Assembly: GCA_965242695.1 (NCBI GenBank)
Contig: CBDESU010000002.1
Location: 672,001 to 736,000, forward strand
DNA from: Cenarchaeum sp.
Lineage (GTDB): Archaea; Thermoproteota; Nitrososphaeria; Nitrososphaerales; Nitrosopumilaceae
Length of the DNA stretch: 64,000 nucleotides
Reading direction: 5' to 3'
Positions 29,602-39,647 of this stretch are shown in pieces. The notes under the pieces were generated by a model. It did no database searches. It was not told where the DNA came from and worked only from the letters and a program-made list of their open reading frames with translations. The position numbers were made by a program, and so were the translations under genes. The number at the start of each line of letters is the position of its first letter. Positions within the stretch are counted from its first letter, which is position 1.

Positions 29602-31152
29602 CTAGGCAAGGCCGGACGACGCATCGCCGTGCTCCACGCAGTCCTTGGTGAAGACCTTGAACGTCTTGAGGTTGACCAGGACGGCCTGGCCGGCGTCGGG
29701 CTGTATGCCGCGCGCCTGCTGGAAGGGGGTCTGCGACTGCCACGTGCCAGAGTTGACCGTCAGCACGCCGCGGTGCAGCCCAAAGCCGAGCCTGTGGACG
29801 TGACCCACGTGCAGTATGTCCGGCACCTCGTCGATGACGAGCATGTCCTCGGTCTCGGGCGCGATGGGCGTCTGGCTGCCGTAGATGGGGCTGAGGTGAC
29901 GCGCCTTGAGCAGCGCCTCCATGACCGGCCCCGGCTCGTCGTAGCTTAGGCCCGGCGCGGCCTTTACGAGGTCGTCGGCGCTCTGGCCGTGGAACATGGT
30001 CACGCGCACGCCGTTGAGCGAGATGCTGGCGGGGTTGCCGAGCATTTCGACGTTGGGCATGGCCCACATCTCGGGGCAGAACTTTTCGGGTATGGCCGGC
30101 TGCGGCAGGGCGCGCCTGCCGGGGTCGTGGTTGCCCGGTATGACGAATATTTTGATGTGCTCGGGGACGAGCGAGAGCAGCGATGCGAGCTTTGACATCT
30201 GCTCGCCGGCCGTCTTGTGGATGAGCTCCTTGTCCTGGTCGGGGTAGACGCCGACGCCGTCGACGACGTCGCCGCAGAGCAGGACAAACCGCACCCTCCT
30301 TGCAGTCGGGTCGGGGCCGGACAGCCACCTGGCAAAGAACTCGAACTCGCGCTCGAGGAAGAACCGGCTGCCCACGTGCAGGTCGGAGAGGAGCACGGCG
30401 TAGGCGTCGGTCTTTGACCGGCGCCTGGCCGTGTCGGCCACGTCGGGGGACATTATCTCGCGCGCGACGAGGCCGCTTCCCCTGCCCGCGCCCACCCTTG
30501 CCACCACAAGCTGATCGTGGAACAGCGCCTCGGCGTCCTTGCGCACGTCCTCGTCGTACGCGACAAGCTCGACCGTGCCCGTCGGGTCGTCGATTGTGAC
30601 GCGCACCGCCGTGCGGTCGGTCGACTTTGACGTCACAAGGCCGCACACGTACGGATCGTCGCCCCCCTCGCCGCCGCGTCCGCCTCCTCCCCCTGCCCTG
30701 CCCCCCTCGCCCCCCTCTTCCCTCCCTCCCTCTCCCCCCTTCCTGCCTCGCGGGCGCGGCGGGGCCGGCGGCGACTCGACCAGGGACTTGATCGTGCGCA
30801 TGCGCTTGGCCTCGGGCCGGTCTGCCACGATCGCCCTGAGCTTTTCAAAGCGGCTCTTGAAGAGGGCCGCGTACCCTTCCGCACCCTCGCCGGATGCCGT
30901 CCGCCCCGTAGGATCCGATACGACCTCGTAGTCGGCGTCCACCTCTTCGTCCCCGCCCACGCCGAGCAGCTCGTCAAGGTCGGCCGGCCCTATGTGGTAT
31001 GCGCGCTGGCGGGTCTTTTCCTTGACCAGGTCCCGGATCAGCTTCGGCAGGGCGCCCGGCTCGATGCCCTCCAGCGTGAGCAGGGCGTCGGGGTGCACCT
31101 GGAACCCCCTGCTCAGGGCGTAGCTGAGCGCCTGCTTCACGTCCCTTCTCAT
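29602..31152 (-). CDS. polB: DNA polymerase D small subunit DP1
   Basis: SDLHVGS, GDVVDGVGVYP, PGNHD, FHG, HVGHVH, SGTWQSQT. Confidence 0.95.
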   Translation of the reverse strand: MRRDVKQALSYALSRGFQVHPDALLTLEGIEPGALPKLIRDLVKEKTRQRAYHIGPADLDELLGVGGDEEVDADYEVVSDPTGRTASGEGAEGYAALFKSRFEKLRAIVADRPEAKRMRTIKSLVESPPAPPRPRGRKGGEGGREEGGEGGRAGGGGGRGGEGGDDPYVCGLVTSKSTDRTAVRVTIDDPTGTVELVAYDEDVRKDAEALFHDQLVVARVGAGRGSGLVAREIMSPDVADTARRRSKTDAYAVLLSDLHVGSRFFLEREFEFFARWLSGPDPTARRVRFVLLCGDVVDGVGVYPDQDKELIHKTAGEQMSKLASLLSLVPEHIKIFVIPGNHDPGRRALPQPAIPEKFCPEMWAMPNVEMLGNPASISLNGVRVTMFHGQSADDLVKAAPGLSYDEPGPVMEALLKARHLSPIYGSQTPIAPETEDMLVIDEVPDILHVGHVHRLGFGLHRGVLTVNSGTWQSQTPFQQARGIQPDAGQAVLVNLKTFKVFTKDCVEHGDASSGLA

Positions 31153-31249
31153 TTGCCTCGCACGGCGGCCGTTTTAATTAAACCTGCGCGGCCTGCCGCC
31201 CACGCCCGCAGACGAAGGCGCTTATAGCGCCTCGGCGCCCCCGCCACAT

Positions 31250-31798
31250 GTGCAGCGGCTCTACCTGTTCTTTGCATTCACGGCGGTGTTTTCCGCGGCG
31301 TACCAGCTCGGCGCCATGTACGACGTCGACGAGGAGGAGGCGCAGGAGTTCATGGACCAGTTTGGCGGGCTAATCGAGGGCATTGACGCGCCTGGCATAT
31401 TCCGGCACAACATGATGATCGCGCTGCCGATGTTCGTGCCCGGCCTCGGCGTCGGCTGGGGCCTCTTCTCGGCGTGGTCCACGGGGTATGCCTTTGCGTC
31501 GATTGCGACCGTCAACCCGTCGCTCGGCGGCATCCTGCCCCTGGCCGTCCTGTACCTGTCGCCGTTCGGGCTCATGGAGCTGGCCGCGTACTCGCTTGCC
31601 GTCTCGCGCAGCTTTGTCCTGGCGCTTGCGCTGGCGCGCCGCAGGCCGTTTCGTCCCCTCCTTCCCGCCACGGCGGCCGAGGTTGCCGTGCTGGCGGGGC
31701 TCCTGCTTGCGGCCGCGTACATCGAGATGCACATGATCGAGGCGCTCGCCGGCGGCGAGGGGGCGGTGCCCGGCCTCGGCGTGGAGGGGCCCGGGTGA
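31250..31798 (+). CDS. SpoIIM-family membrane protein
   Basis: IFRHN...PFGLMELAAY...LLAAAYIE. Confidence 0.8.
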   Translation: MQRLYLFFAFTAVFSAAYQLGAMYDVDEEEAQEFMDQFGGLIEGIDAPGIFRHNMMIALPMFVPGLGVGWGLFSAWSTGYAFASIATVNPSLGGILPLAVLYLSPFGLMELAAYSLAVSRSFVLALALARRRPFRPLLPATAAEVAVLAGLLLAAAYIEMHMIEALAGGEGAVPGLGVEGPG

Positions 31799-31848
31799 CC
31801 GCCGCACGGCCGGTTTATATCGAACGGCCCGCGCGACGCGCCGCCGTC

Positions 31849-32463
31849 TTGACAGCAGAAAGCGGGCGTCCGCGCGACGCAGAGCTGCACGGCCTGATCT
31901 CCAGGCTTGCGCTGTCGCACAGCGACGAGCCCGTGCTGCTCGCCTCGGGCAGGCGGTCGCGCAGCTACTTTGACCTGCGGCGGCTGACGGGGGATCCGAG
32001 CGGCCTGGCTGCGACGGCCCGTGCCGTGCACGGGCTCATCGAGCGCATCGGCGGCGTGCGGTCCGTCGGCGGCATCGAGTCCGGCTCCATCCCGATATCG
32101 GCTGCCGTCTCGCTGTACAGCGCGCGCATTGCGCCCCGCCCCGCCGCCGCCCTGCCCTCGTTCTACGTCCGAAAGCGGCCCAAGGAGCACGGCCTGGCGC
32201 GGTGGATAGAGGGTGCGCCGGCCTCGCCGGCCGTCCTTGTCGAGGACGTGATGACGAGCGGCCAGTCGGCCCTCAAGGCCCTGCGCGTCCTTGCCGACGA
32301 GGGCATCGAGGTGAAGCGCCTGATAGCCATCGTGTACAGGGACGCGCCCGATGCCAAGGCGCGGCTCGAGGCCGAAAGCGGCACAAGGATCGACAACCTG
32401 TTCTTCGAGTCGGACTTTGCGGGCCCGCCGGGCGGGGACGCAGCCCCGGGCGCGGGCCGCTAG
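31849..32463 (+). CDS. pyrE: Orotate phosphoribosyltransferase
   Basis: LASGRRSRSYFD, VRKRPKEHG, VEDVMTSGQS. Confidence 0.9.
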   Translation: MTAESGRPRDAELHGLISRLALSHSDEPVLLASGRRSRSYFDLRRLTGDPSGLAATARAVHGLIERIGGVRSVGGIESGSIPISAAVSLYSARIAPRPAAALPSFYVRKRPKEHGLARWIEGAPASPAVLVEDVMTSGQSALKALRVLADEGIEVKRLIAIVYRDAPDAKARLEAESGTRIDNLFFESDFAGPPGGDAAPGAGR

Positions 32464-32542
32464 GCGGCGCGGGCCGCTAGGCGGCGCTCGCCGCGGGCCG
32501 GCGGGGGGCAAGCTATAAACCGAACGCGACCCTGCGCCGGGC

Positions 32543-33550
32543 ATGGCATCGGGGCGGGCCTCGCAGCCGGCCCCGGCCGCCTGCGCCGCGGCGCTGGCCG
32601 GCATCGCCGTGCTGTGCGCCGTCTCGGCCGGCCTCCCCCTGCAGGATGCCGGCGCCGCCGCGGCGCCCAACGGCACGTACTATATCGAGGGCGTCGGGTA
32701 CGCCACCTCCGACGCCGAGCCGGCCGGCCCGTCCCAGTTCGGGCTGGCCGTCTCGGCGGGTCCCGCGGGCCCCGGCGGCCGCAGCGACATTGCGATCAGC
32801 GGCGGCGTCGTCTCGTTCGACGGGGCCGACTATGCGGCCGACGGCCTCGGCGGCTCGCTGCTGCGCGGCGGCGACCTGATCCGCATATCGGGGACGGCGA
32901 CGGGCCGGTCGGGAGCCTCCGTCGAGCTGAGCGTCCTCGGCAAGCTGGTCGAGGACGGCGTGGGCGGCTCGGCGTACCTGTTCACAGGCAGGATCACCGA
33001 GGGCGGCACCCCGTACAGGGCCCTATACTCGTCGCTCGTCTCGCCTGTCGGCGGGGATGCGGGCGAGGCGGCGGCCGCCGCGGGCCCTGCCGGCTCGCCG
33101 CGGCCGGGGGAGGAGGGAGTGACGCTGCGCATACTGCCCGGCTCGTCTGACCGCGGCCTCGGCTCGTACTCTGACCGGACCGGCAGGGCCATGTCGTCGC
33201 CCTCGGCCGGCTACTTTGATCCGACCCGGCTGTCGATCGATCCGGGCACGGCGGTCACCGTCGTCAACGACGACACGGTCCCGCACCGGATTGTGAGCGG
33301 CACGGTGTCGGGCTCGACGAGCCGCGGCGCGCTGGTGATCTGCCCCGAGCCCGCCGAGGATCTTGCCCCGGGATCGAGCTACTCGCAGTCGGGCTGCACG
33401 TTCACCATGGACGGGCGGATCGACACGGGCGAGATCGCGCCCGGCTCGTCTGCCACCGCCGTCTTCTCCGAGAGGGCCCTCTACCGGCTCACCGACCCCC
33501 AGTACGCGTGGATGAGCATCGACGTCCTCGCGTTCGGGGGCGCGCGGTAG
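32543..33550 (+). CDS. Secreted protein with C-terminal cupredoxin-like domain
   Basis: Signal peptide; FDPTRLSIDPGTAVTVVNDDTVPHRIVSG...DTGEIAPG. Confidence 0.7.
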   Translation: MASGRASQPAPAACAAALAGIAVLCAVSAGLPLQDAGAAAAPNGTYYIEGVGYATSDAEPAGPSQFGLAVSAGPAGPGGRSDIAISGGVVSFDGADYAADGLGGSLLRGGDLIRISGTATGRSGASVELSVLGKLVEDGVGGSAYLFTGRITEGGTPYRALYSSLVSPVGGDAGEAAAAAGPAGSPRPGEEGVTLRILPGSSDRGLGSYSDRTGRAMSSPSAGYFDPTRLSIDPGTAVTVVNDDTVPHRIVSGTVSGSTSRGALVICPEPAEDLAPGSSYSQSGCTFTMDGRIDTGEIAPGSSATAVFSERALYRLTDPQYAWMSIDVLAFGGAR

Positions 33551-33563
33551 CCCCTCCCTCGCC

Positions 33564-34265
33564 TCACCCGTAGTTTGTGTAGGGATCGGGGCCGGCCTCG
33601 CCGAGCACCACGACGGTCATGTCCGAGAACGTCCTGCCCTCCATGTCGGCCGCCAGCCCGTCGAACACGGACTCGTCGTGCGTCGTGAGGTTCTCGTAGA
33701 CGCGCGCCCGGAGCGAGCCGGTGTCGACCCCGCCGCTCCTGAGAAACACGGCGATCTCGGACGGCATGAAGTTCTTGGCGGGGTTTCGGGGCCAGGGCCG
33801 CGGCACGGCTATGACGGGCCTGCCGGACAGGATGGCCTCGAGCATGTCCGACTTCATGCCGTCGATCGAGCCGGACACGTGCATCGTGATCACCCTTGCC
33901 TTGTCGAGCGGCACGCGGGCGCGCGCGGCGGCGACCTGCACCGAGCTGACGCCTGCCACGAGGACCACGTCGCCGAATATCTCGGCCAGCCTGTCGACGA
34001 CCTCGGACTCTGAAAAGCTCACGTCGCCGGTGAACGGGACGACGACCCGCCTGTCGGCGGGGCCGGCGGCGATCTCGTGGTACACCGTGTCCTGGTTGTC
34101 CATCGTGACGACGTGAACCTCCTTTTCGGCCGTGAGCGCCTTGATGGTGCGCAGCGTGCGGCTGTACCCGACGACCACGTCGCAGTCCCTGATCGCGGCG
34201 ACGGCCTCCCCCGTCACGCATGCCGCCGCGCCGGGCCCCACGCCGACGGCAAAGACGCGGGCCAT
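33564..34265 (-). CDS. cbiE: Cobalt-precorrin-7 C5-methyltransferase
   Basis: VGVGPG, TGDVSFS, GVSSVQVAAAR, YENLT. Confidence 0.85.
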   Translation of the reverse strand: MARVFAVGVGPGAAACVTGEAVAAIRDCDVVVGYSRTLRTIKALTAEKEVHVVTMDNQDTVYHEIAAGPADRRVVVPFTGDVSFSESEVVDRLAEIFGDVVLVAGVSSVQVAAARARVPLDKARVITMHVSGSIDGMKSDMLEAILSGRPVIAVPRPWPRNPAKNFMPSEIAVFLRSGGVDTGSLRARVYENLTTHDESVFDGLAADMEGRTFSDMTVVVLGEAGPDPYTNYG

Positions 34266-34756
34266 TACTCCTTGACCGTCCTGCCCCTGTTGATAAACCC
34301 GACAAACGGCCCCCAGTCGACCCTCAGGTAGCGGGTCGGCTCCTTGGCGGGGTACTTTACCCAGTCGCGCGCTATCGAGTACTGGAACTTTTCGCGCTTG
34401 CCGTTCTTGACGTAGTCTAGGAGCAGGACGCTGCCCCACTCCTTCTCCTCGGCCCGCGCGTCGAGTATGTCGTCAAACGACAGCTCGACGTTCTTCGGGT
34501 TGGCCAGGTCCCTCGCAAGGTCCTCCTCGCCGTACCCGTCGTGCAGTATTATGGTGTCCTTTGAGCGCATCATCCGCATGGCCTGCCTGGCCACGATGGA
34601 CGTCCACCACCTCTTCTTGGCCTCGGTCTTGTGCACAAAGCACAGGTGCCGGTCGGTCAGGAAGAGCATGCCCTCGCGGCCGCCGATCGACATGAACTTG
34701 CGCGCCTCCCTCCACACGGACACGAGGTGCGCCCTGATCCTCTCGTCGGGATCCAC
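34265..34756 (-). CDS. Hypothetical protein (PH/GRAM-like)
   Basis: GREGMLFLTDRHLCFV; typical codon usage. Confidence 0.65.
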   Translation of the reverse strand: MDPDERIRAHLVSVWREARKFMSIGGREGMLFLTDRHLCFVHKTEAKKRWWTSIVARQAMRMMRSKDTIILHDGYGEEDLARDLANPKNVELSFDDILDARAEEKEWGSVLLLDYVKNGKREKFQYSIARDWVKYPAKEPTRYLRVDWGPFVGFINRGRTVKE

Positions 34757-34860
34757 GCATGCCGGGCGGGCGGGGCGCCTTAAAAAACAAACCTGCCTCC
34801 CGCGCGCTGCTTGCCGGCATGCGGCGTGGCTTTTTATTTGGACTTGCGCGCCGCGCCGCG

Positions 34861-36477
34861 TTGAGACCTGCGCGAACGGCTTCCACGCCGCTCCTTGCCG
34901 GGGCGCTTGTGGCCGCCGCTGCCGCCTGCATGGCCGCGGCCGCCCCGCAGGCGGCGCATGCGGCCGAGGACCGCCTCGCCGTCCTCGACACCGGGTCGGG
35001 CCGGATAGTCATCGAGTTCTTTGCAGACGACGCCCCTGCGCACGTCGACAACTTTGTCTCGCTCGCCGAGTCGGGCTTTTACGACGGGACCGTCTTCCAC
35101 CGCGTCATACGCGGCTTCATGATACAGGGGGGCGATCCGAACACGCGCCAGGACGATCCGGGGCCGCGCAGCAGCTGGGGGATGGGCGGGCCCGACGAGA
35201 CGGTCGATGCCGAGTTCAGCGACATACGGCACGACCGCGGGATCGTCTCGATGGCAAGGTCGATGAGCCCAGACAGCGCCGGCTCGCAGTTCTTCATAGT
35301 GCACAGCAACTCAAACTTTCTTGACGGCCAGTACACGGCGTTCGGGAGGGTCGCGACGGCCGACAGCCTCGAGACCCTCGACGCCATAGCCGAGCTGCCG
35401 ACCGACGAGCGGGACGTGCCCGAGGACGTCGCGCCGGCCGTCGTCAGGTCGGTTGCGATAGTCGACAGGGACTCGGTCGAGGGCGTCGAGGACCTCGGCG
35501 AGCCGGCCCGCGTGTCCGTCCCGGCGGGCCCCCCGCCCGGCATGTCCCCGATGGAGGCCGTCCCCGAGAGCGGGACCTACACGAGCGACGCGTTCGGCGT
35601 CTCGTTCGACGTCCCCGAGGGGTGGTTCCTGCAGCTGACCGGCGAGACGGGCGACTTCTTCCCTGACATTGCGATCCTCGGGCCGGCGCCGATGGGCGGC
35701 CAGCCGCAGGCCATTACGATCGCCGTCGACCCGCTCGGCGATGCCACCTTTGAGGAGATGCTCGAGGACCACGCGGCGACGATCCAAGAGGCCGTCGACG
35801 ACGGCCAGCTCGAGATCGAGTCGAGGAGCATGATCACGGTCGGCGGCGTCGTCGCGCAGCAGACCGACGCGAAGAGCGACCTCGAGTTTGCCGGCGAAGA
35901 GGTCACGATCCGGTTCCGCGAGGTGGTCGTGGCGGGCACCGACGACTTTTACACCATAACGTACAGCAGCATCGCCGACCAGTTTGCCGACTCGGAGGGC
36001 GACTTTGCCGGCATCATCTCGTCGTTCGCGGCCGCCGGCGTGGGCCGCCCGCCGGCCGCTGATGCGGATGCTGATGCGGATGCGGCCGAGGCCGCCGGCG
36101 GGGGCGGATGCCTGATCGCGACGGCCGCATACGGCACCGAGCTTGCGCCGCAGGTGCAGCTTCTCAGGGAGGTGCGCGACGGGGCCCTGGCGCAGACGGC
36201 TGCCGGCTCTGCGCTCCTTGGCGCCTTCAACACGGCGTACTATGCGTTCTCGCCTGCCGCGGCCGATGCGATCCGCAACCACCCGGCCGCCGCCGATGCG
36301 GCCAGGGTTGCCGCCGCCCCGCTGCTCTCCGTGCTGTCGGCCGCGTCGCTTGCCGACGGGCAGTCCGAGTGGCAGGCCGCCCCGCTTGCACTGCTCGCCG
36401 CGGCCCTGGCCCTCGGCGCGTACGTCGCCGCGCCAACCACACTCGCCGCCGGCCTTCGCCGCCGTGCGCGCCGCTAG
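34861..36477 (+). CDS. Secreted cyclophilin-type peptidyl-prolyl isomerase with PsbP-like domain and C-terminal CFI-box-type sorting domain
   Basis: FHRVIRGFMIQGGDP, SAGSQFFI, YTAFG; GGGCLIATAAYGTELAPQVQLLREVRD; start uncertain. Confidence 0.88.
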   Translation: MRPARTASTPLLAGALVAAAAACMAAAAPQAAHAAEDRLAVLDTGSGRIVIEFFADDAPAHVDNFVSLAESGFYDGTVFHRVIRGFMIQGGDPNTRQDDPGPRSSWGMGGPDETVDAEFSDIRHDRGIVSMARSMSPDSAGSQFFIVHSNSNFLDGQYTAFGRVATADSLETLDAIAELPTDERDVPEDVAPAVVRSVAIVDRDSVEGVEDLGEPARVSVPAGPPPGMSPMEAVPESGTYTSDAFGVSFDVPEGWFLQLTGETGDFFPDIAILGPAPMGGQPQAITIAVDPLGDATFEEMLEDHAATIQEAVDDGQLEIESRSMITVGGVVAQQTDAKSDLEFAGEEVTIRFREVVVAGTDDFYTITYSSIADQFADSEGDFAGIISSFAAAGVGRPPAADADADADAAEAAGGGGCLIATAAYGTELAPQVQLLREVRDGALAQTAAGSALLGAFNTAYYAFSPAAADAIRNHPAAADAARVAAAPLLSVLSAASLADGQSEWQAAPLALLAAALALGAYVAAPTTLAAGLRRRARR

Positions 36478-36617
36478 TGCGCGCCTGCCCGCCAGTGAGC
36501 CCGCCCTTGGCCGCCGCGCCCTTGGCGCGCAGACGGGCAGTGGTGTCGGGAGAGGGGCCCAGCAGATGCCGAGATGTTGTATAAATAGCGGGCGCCGGCG
36601 GCGGCAGCGGTGTCTGT

Positions 36618-36866
36618 GTGGGGAAAATGCTATTTCGGGCCGGCATCGCCGTCTCCATGCTTGGCGCGCTTGGGATGGCGACGGGCTCCGTGCTGGTCGT
36701 TGGCGCGCTTGGCATGGTGTCTGAGGCCTGGGACGACGACGTCCGGTATGCTGGGTTCGATCTGGCCCCGAACGGCCTTGTCGACATGGGGGCCCGGCTA
36801 GTTGGAGTCGGAGGTCCGGTAGTGGTCTTCGGGTGTGCAATGATGCTGGTTGGGGGCCGGACATAG
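36618..36866 (+). CDS. Small hypothetical membrane protein (2 TM)
   Basis: Two hydrophobic segments; TATAAATA at about 36580. Confidence 0.4.
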   Translation: MGKMLFRAGIAVSMLGALGMATGSVLVVGALGMVSEAWDDDVRYAGFDLAPNGLVDMGARLVGVGGPVVVFGCAMMLVGGRT

Positions 36867-36921
36867 CCGCGCCGCATTGTTGGCCCGCGCCCCGGCGCAC
36901 ATCGCCCCCTCCCCCGCCCGA

Positions 36922-38289
36922 CTACCACACGTCGTCGACCTCGTCGAGCGCCTTGTACTCGAGCTCGGCCGGCTTGCGGAAGAACTTCATCCGCGCAATG
37001 TCCCTGTCGAAGAACACGTCGATGATCCAGTCGATGAGGACCCTGACGCGCTTGTCGGCCCTCGGGATCTTCGAGAGGTAGATGTTCCTCCACAGCACCC
37101 ACGCCCAGAACCCCGATATGTTCAGCCCGAACACGGACGCGATCCCCATCCGCTTGCCGATGACGGCCATCTGCCCGCGCGACTTGAACTCGAACCCCTT
37201 CCTACTCCCGCCGCGTATGAGGGCGTGCAGGTTGGCCGCGGCCGTCTTGGCCTGCGCCTCGGCTATCTGCGCCGTAGGCGGGTACGGCCTGCCCGACTCG
37301 GGGTCGAGCAGGAGCGCGCAGTCCCCGACGGCAAAGACGCCGGGAAAGTCGGGCACCTCCATGTGCTCGTTGACGACGATCTTTCCGCGGTCCGTCTTGA
37401 GCATCGACCTCTTTATCGTGTTGACCGGCGTGACGCCGGCCGTCCAGACGAGCGTGTTGGTGCGGATCGTCTCCTCCTCGCCGGGCTCCTCGCCCCCCTT
37501 CTCCTCCGGCAGCCTCTTGACGCTCACCTCGCGGCCGTCAAAGCTGGTGACGGCCGTCCTCAGCCGGATGTCGATCCCGTGCTCGGCCATCTTCTTGTGC
37601 GCGAACGAGGCGAGCTTCTCGCTGAACCCCGGCAGGAGGGCCGGCAGGGCCTCCAGCACGGTCACGCTGATGTCCCCCCTGTGCGTGTTCGGGTAGTACC
37701 GCTCGGCGTCGATGAGCAGGTCCATGATCTCGCCGGCCGTCTCGACGCCGGCGAACCCTCCGCCGACGATGACGAACGTGAGCATGCCCCTCCTCATTAT
37801 GGGGTCCGTCTCGTTCTCGGCCTGCTCGAGCATGTCGATGACGCGGTTGCGCAGCACGACGGCGTCGTCGAGCGTCTTCATCGTATACGCGTGCTTTTCG
37901 ACGTCGCTCATGCCGAAAAAGTTCGTCTCGCTGCCGAGCGCGACGACGAGAAAGTCGTAGTGCAGCGAGATGCCGCGACGGTCGCCCGTCCCCCACAGGT
38001 TGACCAGCTTTCCCCACGGGTCAATGTTCTTGATGCGCCCCTCGTAGAACCTGGTGTGCTCGCAGATGGTCCGTATGGGCATGATGATGTGCCGCGTCTC
38101 GATCATTCCAGACGCCACCTGCGGCAGCATCGGCGTGAACAGCAGAAAGTTGTCCTCGCTGACCATGACGAGCTCTACGTCGTCGGCGCCGGCAAAGTGC
38201 GACTCTAGCTTTCGCGCGCACTCTACGCCGGCGAACCCGCCGCCGAGGATCACAATGCGGCGCTTGCGGGGCTTGGCCGTCAGGGCCAC
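36922..38289 (-). CDS. Type II NADH dehydrogenase-like FAD/NAD(P) oxidoreductase
   Basis: GGGFAG twice, FTPMLP, WTAGV, AVGDCA, PPTAQ. Confidence 0.9.
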   Translation of the reverse strand: MALTAKPRKRRIVILGGGFAGVECARKLESHFAGADDVELVMVSEDNFLLFTPMLPQVASGMIETRHIIMPIRTICEHTRFYEGRIKNIDPWGKLVNLWGTGDRRGISLHYDFLVVALGSETNFFGMSDVEKHAYTMKTLDDAVVLRNRVIDMLEQAENETDPIMRRGMLTFVIVGGGFAGVETAGEIMDLLIDAERYYPNTHRGDISVTVLEALPALLPGFSEKLASFAHKKMAEHGIDIRLRTAVTSFDGREVSVKRLPEEKGGEEPGEEETIRTNTLVWTAGVTPVNTIKRSMLKTDRGKIVVNEHMEVPDFPGVFAVGDCALLLDPESGRPYPPTAQIAEAQAKTAAANLHALIRGGSRKGFEFKSRGQMAVIGKRMGIASVFGLNISGFWAWVLWRNIYLSKIPRADKRVRVLIDWIIDVFFDRDIARMKFFRKPAELEYKALDEVDDVW

Positions 38290-38984
38290 CCCCCCGCCGC
38301 GCCGCGGCCGCCGCCGGACGTCTCGGCCCGGAGCGCATCGTACGCCCGCGCCGCGTCGCCCTCGTCGAGCGTAACGACCATCCCGTCGCCTCCCATGTAC
38401 GCATCCACGTACCCTATGCCGTTCCTGCGCAGCAGGTCTACTACCAGCGCGCCCGCATCGGCGGCCGCCCCGCCGGGCACCGTTATCTTGATCCTGACCA
38501 GCCCCGTGTGGATTGCGCCGGCGCCGGGCACCGACTGCACGGCGCTTCTTGCGCCCTCCATGTCCTCGACGATGAGCCTCAGCGAGCCGGGCAGCCTGAA
38601 CAGGTCAAAGTCGCTCGTCACGCGCGAGATGCGCTCGATGAGGCCGGCCATGTCGCCGGCGGCCCCGAGCCGCATGTCCATGATGCCGTCGGTCAGCGAT
38701 ATCCTCGCTCCCTGCAGGGCGTCGGCTCCGCGCGGCGCCTGCCCGCCTCCGCCCCCCTCTTCCCCGCCTCCGCCCCCGCCGAGCGCGTCGGCGTACCGCT
38801 TGACGGCGACCACGACCGTGTTGGGGTTGACCGGCCCGCCGGCGAGCGCCTCGACCTCTGGCCGTATCCTTGCGGCCAGCGCCGTGTAGTTGACCAGGCC
38901 CATCCTCAGGCAGTCGTACACGGAGCGGTTGCTCGACACGATGCGGCGCACGGCCCCCTGTACGGACAGCGCTGTTGCCCTCAC
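38280..38984 (-). CDS. Archaeal ACT-domain regulatory protein
   Basis: DCLRMGLVNYTALAARI...NTVVVAVKRY; C-terminal ACT-like segment. Confidence 0.75.
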   Translation of the reverse strand: MRATALSVQGAVRRIVSSNRSVYDCLRMGLVNYTALAARIRPEVEALAGGPVNPNTVVVAVKRYADALGGGGGGEEGGGGGQAPRGADALQGARISLTDGIMDMRLGAAGDMAGLIERISRVTSDFDLFRLPGSLRLIVEDMEGARSAVQSVPGAGAIHTGLVRIKITVPGGAAADAGALVVDLLRRNGIGYVDAYMGGDGMVVTLDEGDAARAYDALRAETSGGGRGAAGGWP

Positions 38985-39092
38985 GGGCGGGGGGGCCTTG
39001 TCATATTATTTAACCATTGCGTAAAATCCGGCGCCAGATTGCAATATTCTTATATAATGTCAGGGGGCTGACAAAAAGCAAGGAGACATGAC

Positions 39093-39629
39093 ATGTTCGA
39101 CTTTGACGAGTTCGACAAGCTCTTCCGCGGGATGCACGGGTCGTTCGTGAACCTCGACGACCTGCTCGATGCGGCAAGGCATGCAGGCGCCGGCGGCTCT
39201 GGCCGCATCGGCCCGTACTACTACGGGTACACGATGACGGTGGGGCCCGACGGCCGGCCGGTCGTCCGGGAGTACGGCAACGTGCGCCCGGGCCTGGCCG
39301 GCGACGGCTCTGGCGGCGGCGACTGCTGCGCGCCGGCCGTCCGGGACGGCCTGCAGGCCGAGACCATCCTCGACGACAAGGAGCGCGTCCTCAAGCTGGT
39401 CGCAGAGATGCCCGGCGTAGAGAAGGAGGACGTCAAGATCGTCGTCGACGGCGATGCGGTGAGCATCGACGCCGACCGCGGCAAGAAGAGCTACCACGCA
39501 AGGGTCCCGCTCGACCAGAAGGTCGACAAGGACACTGCAAAGGCTACGTACCGCAACGGGATACTCGAGCTGGCCTTCAGGCTGGCCGATCCCGACCCCC
39601 CCAAGGGGACGGCGGTGGAGGTCCAGTAG
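39093..39629 (+). CDS. hsp20: Small heat shock protein Hsp20
   Basis: [37 protein letters not shown]. Confidence 0.93.
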   Translation: MFDFDEFDKLFRGMHGSFVNLDDLLDAARHAGAGGSGRIGPYYYGYTMTVGPDGRPVVREYGNVRPGLAGDGSGGGDCCAPAVRDGLQAETILDDKERVLKLVAEMPGVEKEDVKIVVDGDAVSIDADRGKKSYHARVPLDQKVDKDTAKATYRNGILELAFRLADPDPPKGTAVEVQ

Positions 39630-39647
39630 CCCTCTCCTTTTTTACTA

